Source: an uncultured bacterium
GTDB taxonomy: Bacteria; Chloroflexota; UBA5177; JANWHV01
NCBI GenBank assembly: GCA_963729625.1
Contig: CAVSOU010000006.1
Span: 1-13,626, forward strand
Reading direction: 5' to 3'
Length of the DNA: 13,626 nt
In this document: piece after piece, positions 6,812 through 13,626 of the stretch
How the letters are laid out: each line of letters begins with the position of its first letter
Position numbering within the stretch: the stretch's first letter is position 1
Notes under the pieces: model-generated
The model's input: only the letters and a program-made list of their open reading frames with translations
Database searches by the model: none
What the model was told of the DNA's origin: nothing
Made by a program: the position numbers and the translations under genes

Positions 6812-8241
6812 ATGACTCAGACATGCGCCCGCTGCGGCCTCTTCCATCCGCAGAATGTGCCGTGCGTCTCGCAGGCATTGGCACTGGTCGAACAACCCGA
6901 TGAGCTGGTCGTCGATTCTCTCCTGGCGGGTCGCTACCGTATGCTGCGGACGCTGCATCACGGCGGCATGAGCGTCGTGTATCTGGCCGAAGATATTCTG
7001 CTTGGGAACCGCCACGTGGCTATCAAGGAGCTGCGGGTGCCGGCCTCTTCCGGGCCTGAGGAGCGGCGTGAAGCCGAGGCATGGTTTGCCCGCGAGGCAT
7101 ACATTCTCAGCGCCTTGAATCATCCTCTCGTCCCGGAGTTCTACAGCTCGTTCCCGGAAGGCGGCACAAGCTATATCGTCCAGGAGTACGCCGACGGCGA
7201 GAACTTGAATGACGTGGTGCGCGCGCGCGGACCGCTGCCCGAAGCCACCGTGCTGGAGTGGGCAATATCGCTCTGCGGACTCCTGAGTCACCTGCACGGG
7301 CTGGACGAACCGGTTCTGTTCCGTGATTTGAAACCCGCGAACATCGTGCTTCGGAACGCTGCGTCGACGAATCCAGACCGGGCGTGCCCGCTCAAGGTCG
7401 TGGACTTCGGCATCGCCAGGCACTATGAGCCGAAGACGGTTGGCACGGTCATAGGCACTCCGGGTTACGCACCCCAGAGCAATACCAGGGCCTCGCCACA
7501 CCGCAGAGCGACATCTACGCGCTGGGTGCGACGCTGCACAGGTTGCTCACCGGCTACGATCCCGAGCACGGCACCACATTCTGCTACCCGAGCATTCGCT
7601 CGCTGAATCCGTTGGTCTCAAGTGAGCTTGCCGATATCGTCGAGAGAGCTATCCGCCTGGACCCGGCCCAGCGCTATGCCACGGCCGGTGAGTTTGGCGA
7701 TGCCCTGCTTGACCTTGCCTGGGACCGTGGCCAGATCGGCGTTTCCGACGTGGCATCGCCGGGCGGTCACTGGTACCACGGACCGTCGACCAGGTCGCGA
7801 CAGGCGTTCCGTTGGACGGCCCTCGTAGTATGCCTGATGATGGTTGCGCCCGGCGTGTTCTCAGTGCTTGCCGGCATGAGCGTGAGCTCCCCGAGCGCGA
7901 CGATCGGCTTGGGAGACTACGCGTGTCCTCCAGCCTACTCTGATGGGGCCGGGGGTCCTTATCCTGCCCAGTCCCGATCGTCGTGCCTCGGTCAATCCCG
8001 GGTCTGGATTCAGGTCGTGCCGGACGCCAACCAAGGCGTCGGCTTCGCGCCGAGTAACGTCAGCGTCAGCGTGGGAACCACGGTAGAGTTTTGGAGCAGT
8101 AGTATCGGCTGCAAGGTCGCATGGTCGCCGAATACGGTCGGCGTGCGGACTCTGTCCGGAATCCAGTTCACGCGCACGGGTGACTATATGTACTCCTGCC
8201 AGGAAATGCCAAACGTGTTTGGGGTTGTGCATGTCGAGTAG
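6812..8241 (+). CDS. Membrane Hanks-type Ser/Thr protein kinase with C-terminal cupredoxin-like domain (one apparent frameshift near 7472-7475)
   Basis: GGMSVVY, VAIKE, alphaC Glu (FAREA), FRDLKPANI, DFG and GTPGYAP. One extra C restores APPEQY...SDIYALGATL...DPAQRY. A hydrophobic helix lies at about 7813-7878, followed by a cupredoxin-like beta domain. Confidence 0.88.
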
Positions 8242-8301
8242 GAGTCGGCACGGCAGGTTCTCCAGCAGTGCAGCTGATTTTCTGGGAGTGACGGCAACTG
8301 G

Positions 8302-9587
8302 GTGACTGAGCCAAGGCGAGACGGCGACACCTCGGCGCCCGCACCGGCCGTGGACACGCTCCTCTCCAAGAGCGTGATAGTCGTGCCCACGTACTGGAGT
8401 CGGTCGCACGGATTTCGTCGCCCGGGAGACAGCACGGAGGATCATCCGACTCCCGCCAACGAGTCGGGCACTATGGCCCGTCTGCTTGCCAGTCTGCAGC
8501 GGCTGGCGGAGAAACCCAGTCTGGTTCTGATACTCATCTCCAGCTCCGCGCCGGACGTGGCAACCAGTGCGTCGTGGCAGGCAGACACTATTCGAGACAG
8601 ATACCCCGATCTCCCGATCGCGCTTTGGCTGCCGACGCATGTGCAGATTCTGCATGGCCGGCTCCGTTCGCTGGGTCACGACGCGTGGATCTCCTGGTTT
8701 GATTCTCGCGGCTACCCGCTCATCCGGAATATGCAGCTTCTGGTGCCTTTCGTGCTTGGCATGGAGCTGGTCGTGGCGCTCGATGACGACGAGATCGTCG
8801 AGGACCCCCATTTCTTGCGGCGTTCCGCCGAGGCAATCGCGTGGGGTGACGCCCGCGGCGAACGCGTGTTCGGTGCCGGCGGGCACTACCTCGATGATGC
8901 CGGCCGGCGTTGGCACGAGGTCGGGGAGTCGGAGAAGACGCAAACCAACCCGTTCGAGAAGAAGCCCCACCTCATGAATGGGATCCTCGAACGTATTGCC
9001 GCGATGCCCGGAGAGATCGTGCCGAGCGCGTTCGCGCTCGGCGGAAACATGAGCTTCAGCCGTGAGCTCATGTGCCGGGTGGGGTTCGACCCTTCGATCG
9101 CACGGGGAGAAGATATCGACTACGTGCTCAACGCAGCGCTCGCTGGCATTCCCTATCACTTTGACAAGGAGCGACCAATCCGGCACCTTCCGCCCCAAGG
9201 ACGGTCCTACAAGGACTTCGATTATGCAAAACTGCAGCAGGACGTGAGACGCTTCCTTTACGAGCGCGAGAAGCTACGCGCCGCGGCGGAGGCCGGTGGC
9301 TTTGCAGCAGTGCGGCCGAGGATCTTGATCCATACCCGGGCGCCTTCTTGCATGACGACCTGGAGGTCGACGCGGTCGATTCGCTGACGCTGCACAGACC
9401 GAAGCTCTTCGACGTGAGCATCCAACAGCCCGACGTGTTCGTCCAGAACGCGCTGCATTTCGCGCGCGCCGCCGCCGAACGCTACATCACGTTTGCCCGA
9501 GCATGGCCTCAGGCGAGGATCGGCTTGCCGACAATCGCGTGCTCCGGCATGTCATCCGGGGCATTCTTCCCGGGTAGTCTGTCCTGA
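8302..9587 (+). CDS. GT-A fold (family 2-like) glycosyltransferase / conserved hypothetical protein (frameshift near 9316; possibly a second near 9514 giving a stop at 9577)
   Basis: N-terminal VIVVPTYW strand, DxD-type ALDDDE, ALGGNM, FDPSIARGEDIDY and IRHLPP. One added base gives RPEDLDPYPGAFL and joins ORF 9348..9587. Confidence 0.72.
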
Positions 9588-9608
9588 AGGGCCTCAGCCC
9601 GGCGATCG

Positions 9609-11172
9609 CTACAAGCCTTGAGGCGCGGACGCGCGTCTCCACCTCAGGTCTGGCTTCCGTGCCGCGAGAGCTTCGTCGATGCGCGATACCGGCGCATGGT
9701 GCGGCGCGCCGCGGACCTGGTCGCTTCCCGCTTCGACTTCCCGGGCAACCGCCAGCAGCGCCTCGGCAAAGCCCTCGAGAGTGGCTCGATCTTCCGTCTC
9801 AGTCGGCTCGATCATCAGGCACTCGTCGACGATGTGCGGGAAATAGATGGTCGGCGGATGGTAGCCGAAGTCGATCAGGCGCTTCACCATGTCTATCGTC
9901 TTCACGCCTTGTTGCTTCTGCCGCGTGCCCGACACCACGGATTCATACATGCGGCTGCCCGGGAAGGGCGCCTCGAACGCGCTGATCAGCAAGGAACGCA
10001 GGTAGTTGGCATCGAGCACGGCGTCGCGGCTTGCCAGCGTCAGGCCGTCGGGACCCATGGAGCGAACGTACACGTATGCTCGAATGAGCAGGCCAACGTT
10101 GCCGAAGAAGCTGCGCACACGGCCGATGCTGAGCGGCCGGTCGCTCGTGAGCGTGTAGAGCTCCGTGCCATCGGCACCGGTTCCCCGCTCGATCTGCGGT
10201 ACGGGCAGGAAGGGCGCCAGCGCGGCCTTCACCCCGACGGGACCCGTGCCCGGTCCGCCGCCGATGGGCGTGGTCATCGTCTTGTGCAGGTTGAAGTGCA
10301 CTACGTCGAAGCCCATGTCGCCGGGACGCGCGGTGCCCATGATCGCATTGAGGTTCGCTCCGTCATAGTAGAGACGTCCACCGGCATCGTGTACGATGCC
10401 GGCTATCTCCACGATGTCCTTCTCGAAAAGACCGCACGTATTCGGATTGGTGAGCATCAACGCCGCGGTTCGCGGTCCGGTTAACCGGCGTAAATCGTTG
10501 ACGTCGACCTGGCCCGAGCATTGGATTCACTTGCACGACGCTGTATCCTGCGGCAGCCGCACTCGCCGGGTTGGTTCCGTGGGCCGTGTCCGGCACCAGG
10601 ACCTCGCTCCGGTGATCGCCGCGACTCTCATGGAAGGCGCGAATAATCATCAGACCCGTGAGCTCGCCATGCGCCCCCGCTGCCGGCTGCAGCGTGAAGG
10701 CGTCCATGCCGCCTATCTCACAGAGATACTCCTGCAAGCGGAAGAGAAGCGCGAGCACGCCCTGGACTGTGGAGTCGGGCTGGTGTGGATGGAGACCGGA
10801 CCAGCGTGGATCGGCGACTAGGTCCTCGTGCAGTTTTGGATTGTACTTCATGGTGCACGAGCCAAGTGGGTAGAATCCGCCGTCGATGCTGTAATTCAGC
10901 TGCGAGAGCCTGGTGAAGTGCCTCACGACCTGCAGTTCACTCATTTCGGGCAGCTCAGCAGTTGTAGATCGCTGGAGTTGCGATGGGATGAGTGCCGCGA
11001 TCGGTTGCTCAGGCACGTCACAGGCCGGAAGGGAGAAAGCCGATCGACCGGGAGACGATAGCTCAAACACGGTCGGCTCGAGGACCTTGCGGTCGGCGGT
11101 TGTCGCGGCGGAGCTTGGCCGTGCTGGCGCCGCGTCCTGCATATCTTTCAAGGGCTGGCCTATCGCCATCAT
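9609..11172 (-). CDS. gcvPB: Glycine dehydrogenase (decarboxylating) subunit 2, glycine cleavage P protein beta (apparent frameshifts near 10514-10528)
   Basis: [49 protein letters not shown]-lysine motif [14 protein letters not shown] and MIEPTETE. The ATG overlaps the restored gcvPA stop (ATGA). Confidence 0.95.
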
Positions 11173-12510
11173 GCGCGCACCTCTCCCAGTGCCTGAGCCA
11201 GGGCATCGATATCTTCTCTGCCGTTCAGTCCGTGCAACACACGAGCAGTCCTTGCGGAATGCCCGCCTGTCCATCCAGCGGGATTCCGGCGAGGATGCCA
11301 CGCGTGACCAGGGCGTCGCGAATCTCCGCTCCCGGCAGAGGCGTGCGGACCGCGAACTCATGGAAGAAGGGCCGGTGAAAAGCCAGTTCATAGCCGGCGA
11401 CCCTGCCGATCTGGTCGGCCGCGTAGTGCGCCTTCTGCACGCACAGATTGGCTACGTGGCGCAGACCCTGCTTGCCCATGTAGCTGAGGTACATGGTGGC
11501 CGTCGTGGCGCAGAGCGCATGGTTGGAGCAAATATTGCTGGTAGCCTTCTCCCGTCGAATGTCTTGTTCGCGCGTGCGCAGCGTCATGACGTAGGCACGG
11601 CGCCCCCGCGAGTCGACGCTGGCGCCCACGATGCGTCCCGGCAAGCGACGCACGAGCGATTCCTTGCAGGCGATGAACCCTGCGTACGGTCCGCCATACG
11701 CGAGCGGCATGCCAAACGGCTGGGCATCACCCACCGCGATGTCCGCGCCCACTTCACCGGGCGTGCTCAACAGTGCCAGCGACAGCGGGTTTACACACGC
11801 GACATACAGTGCGCCGGCCCCGTGCGCGGCTTCGGCCAGAACCGCCTGGTCTTCGACAATCCCGAAATAGTTCGGCGACTGAGCGATCACGACCGCGCTG
11901 CGATCGTCGAGGGCCGCGGCCACCCGCGCGGCGTCCACGCTGCCATTCAGGGCCGGCACTTCAGTCAATGTAAGGCCCTGGCTCCAGCAGTACGTCCGGA
12001 GCACCTGCAGATAGTCGGGATTGAGTGTGCCGGGCACAATCACCCCACGACGCCCCGTGGCGTTCACGGCCATCATCGCCGCTTCCGCACATGCCGTGGC
12101 GGCGTCATAGAGCGAGGCGTTGGAGACGTCGAGCCCGGTTAGCTCGCAGATCATGCTCTGCCACTCGTAGGTCACTTGCAGCGTGCCCTGGCTAACCTCC
12201 GGCTGGTACGGCGTGTACGCTGTGACAAACTCGCCACGGGACGCCAATGCCGAGACAACGGCCGGAATGTGGTGATGGTAAGCGCCGCCCCCAAGGAAGG
12301 AGCGTGGCCCGGCACGCAGGCTATTGCGGTCGGCCAGTCTCTCCATCTCCTGGATGATCCCGGGTTCCGAGACCGCAACTGGCAGGTCGAGCGGACCAGA
12401 GCGCAGTCCTGATGGATGTCGGCGAGCAGGTCCTCCATGCTGGAGACGCCAAGCGAATCGAGCATCGCGCCGCGATCGGCATCGGTGTGAGGGAGATATG
12501 GTGTGGGCAT
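11169..12510 (-). CDS. gcvPA: Glycine dehydrogenase (decarboxylating) subunit 1, glycine cleavage P protein alpha (apparent frameshifts near 12414 and 11229)
   Basis: [36 protein letters not shown] and [17 protein letters not shown]. The restored C-terminus is [31 protein letters not shown] upstream. Confidence 0.95.
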
Positions 12511-12558
12511 TCTGCGGTGATCCTTTGAACTCGTCAATCTCGATGTGTCCCCGCGCTG

Positions 12559-12580
12559 CCCTGATGCCGCAGCTTCAGGC
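12559..12580. repeat. 22-bp palindromic direct repeat, copy 1 (REP-like)
   Basis: CCCTGATGCCGCAGCTTCAGGC, identical to 12692-12713; folds with a CCTGA/TCAGG stem. Confidence 0.85.
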
Positions 12581-12691
12581 CCACGGGCGCCATATCTCGT
12601 AGCCGCCGCAGCCGCGGGGTACGCATACAGTGGGTCGCCTTCCATTCTGCTGCAGCTGGAGGTCAATCAAGTGGAAGCCCCCCGTGCGCTC

Positions 12692-12713
12692 CCCTGATGC
12701 CGCAGCTTCAGGC
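12692..12713. repeat. 22-bp palindromic direct repeat, copy 2 (REP-like)
   Basis: CCCTGATGCCGCAGCTTCAGGC, identical to 12559-12580. Confidence 0.85.
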
Positions 12714-12754
12714 TTGGAACACATCGCGACGACTCCCCCCTTCACGTATCAGCC

Positions 12755-13126
12755 TCAGTGCGCGGCGGTCTCCTGGTACGTGGCCCGATCCATCAACAGT
12801 TCCCGATCGGCGACATTCCCTGAGATCTTTAGTAGCCAGCCGTCGCCGAACGGGCTGTTGTTCACGAGCTCGGGCTTGTCCACCAGCGCGGTGTTCACCT
12901 CCACCACGGTGAAATCGATGGGTGCGTACAGATCTGAAGCAGTCTTCACCGACTCGATGGTCCCGAAAGTCTCGCCGGCCTTGAACGCCTTGCCGACCGG
13001 CGGAAGCTCGACGTACACGACGTCGCCCAGCTGTTCCTGCGCGAAGTCGCTGATGCCAATGGTCATGGGGTCGCCATCGCTTGTCCACTCGTGGCTGCTC
13101 GCATAGCGGAGAAGATCCGGATTCAC
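12755..13126 (-). CDS. gcvH: Glycine cleavage system H protein
   Basis: [27 protein letters not shown], lipoyl-Lys motif [13 protein letters not shown] and [23 protein letters not shown] before the GTG at 13126. Confidence 0.96.
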   Translation of the reverse strand: MNPDLLRYASSHEWTSDGDPMTIGISDFAQEQLGDVVYVELPPVGKAFKAGETFGTIESVKTASDLYAPIDFTVVEVNTALVDKPELVNNSPFGDGWLLKISGNVADRELLMDRATYQETAAH

Positions 13127-13344
13127 GTCTGTCCCTCCTATGTGCTTCATCGGTGTACGGTCAACTGGCGAAACGATCGTCGACTCGGGCGCGCCCGGGA
13201 ATCGCGATCTGTGCTGATGAGTCAAATGTCCTGCCTGTGGCCTTTCCAGTGGCCGGGCCTCGGCCCGCGCGTCTGATACTCCCGCCTTCAGGCCGCCTCT
13301 GCTGTTGTGCCCTGGGAAACGTTACGAACGTGACAAGTGCCCCT

Positions 13345-13626
13345 CTAGGTTTGCTTTTGGCGTCGATAGAACGGTGTCTTGACTACCGTGGCTCGGTGCG
13401 GCTGGTCGCGCACCCGCACGGCAACCGTGGTGCCGATTGGCGACTCCGCGACCGGCAGATAGGCAAGGGCGATTCCCTTGCCGAGCGTGGGCGAGAAGCC
13501 GCCGCTCGTCACCTCGCCAAGCTGATTGCCTGCGCTATCGACGACAGCGTAGTGGGCGCGCGGCACAGCCCGATCATCCATGGCGAGCCCGGCAAGCACG
13601 CGTGTGAGACCTTCTCGCTGCTGCGC
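13345..13626 (-). CDS. gcvT: Glycine cleavage aminomethyltransferase T, C-terminal part (runs off the window)
   Basis: PRAHY...GEVTSGGFSPTLGKGIALAY...VVKTPFY; sits directly upstream of gcvH. Confidence 0.93.
   Translation of the reverse strand, partial: AQQREGLTRVLAGLAMDDRAVPRAHYAVVDSAGNQLGEVTSGGFSPTLGKGIALAYLPVAESPIGTTVAVRVRDQPHRATVVKTPFYRRQKQT

Noticed and set aside
7465-7480. Programmed ribosomal frameshift producing short and long kinase forms
   Set aside because: No slippery heptamer, the break falls inside the essential APE motif, and the same kind of lesion occurs in many unrelated genes.
7543-8241. Separate 232-aa membrane protein gene
   Set aside because: Its frame carries kinase subdomains IX-XI (SDIYALG upstream of the listed start, DPAQRY), so it is the kinase C-terminal half after a frameshift.
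7861-9198. 445-aa minus-strand ORF
   Set aside because: Antisense to the kinase C-terminus and the glycosyltransferase; no motifs.
9618-12142. Long plus-strand ORFs 9618..10484 and 10913..12142
   Set aside because: Antisense shadows of gcvPB and gcvPA.
12559-12713. CRISPR array
   Set aside because: Only two 22-bp copies with a 111-bp spacer, and no cas genes in the window.
12511-12754. Canonical tandem glycine riboswitch
   Set aside because: Lacks the conserved GGAGA and CTCTCAGG elements, and the usual location upstream of gcvT is outside the window. Not called without a covariance-model search.
13127-13225. N-terminal extension of GcvH from the ATG at 13225
   Set aside because: A strong AGGAGG RBS precedes the GTG at 13126, where GcvH homology begins.

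Overview
High-GC bacterial window; the protein styles suggest Chloroflexota or Actinomycetota (inference only). Left end, minus strand: a QW-repeat alpha/alpha-toroid protein and a class I SAM methyltransferase that lies in frame behind a truncated IS-type helix-turn-helix remnant. Middle, plus strand: PPOX/PNPOx-like protein, imine-reductase-like NADPH oxidoreductase, saccharopine-dehydrogenase-like protein, an internally deleted luciferase-like monooxygenase, a cupredoxin lipoprotein, a membrane Ser/Thr kinase and a GT-A glycosyltransferase-like protein. Right end, minus strand: the glycine cleavage operon gcvT (partial)-gcvH-gcvPA-gcvPB, with a duplicated REP-like palindrome between gcvH and gcvPA. 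Six long genes are broken by apparent single-base deletions, mostly in short homopolymers, which points to long-read or assembly error rather than real pseudogenes. The most notable element is a two-gene module. A blue-copper lipoprotein with a Gln axial ligand sits next to a Hanks-type kinase whose extracytoplasmic domain is a colinear paralogue of that lipoprotein, sharing a C-x19-C 'DGxGGPYPA' loop but with the copper ligands swapped. This is a candidate copper/redox-sensing receptor kinase system.
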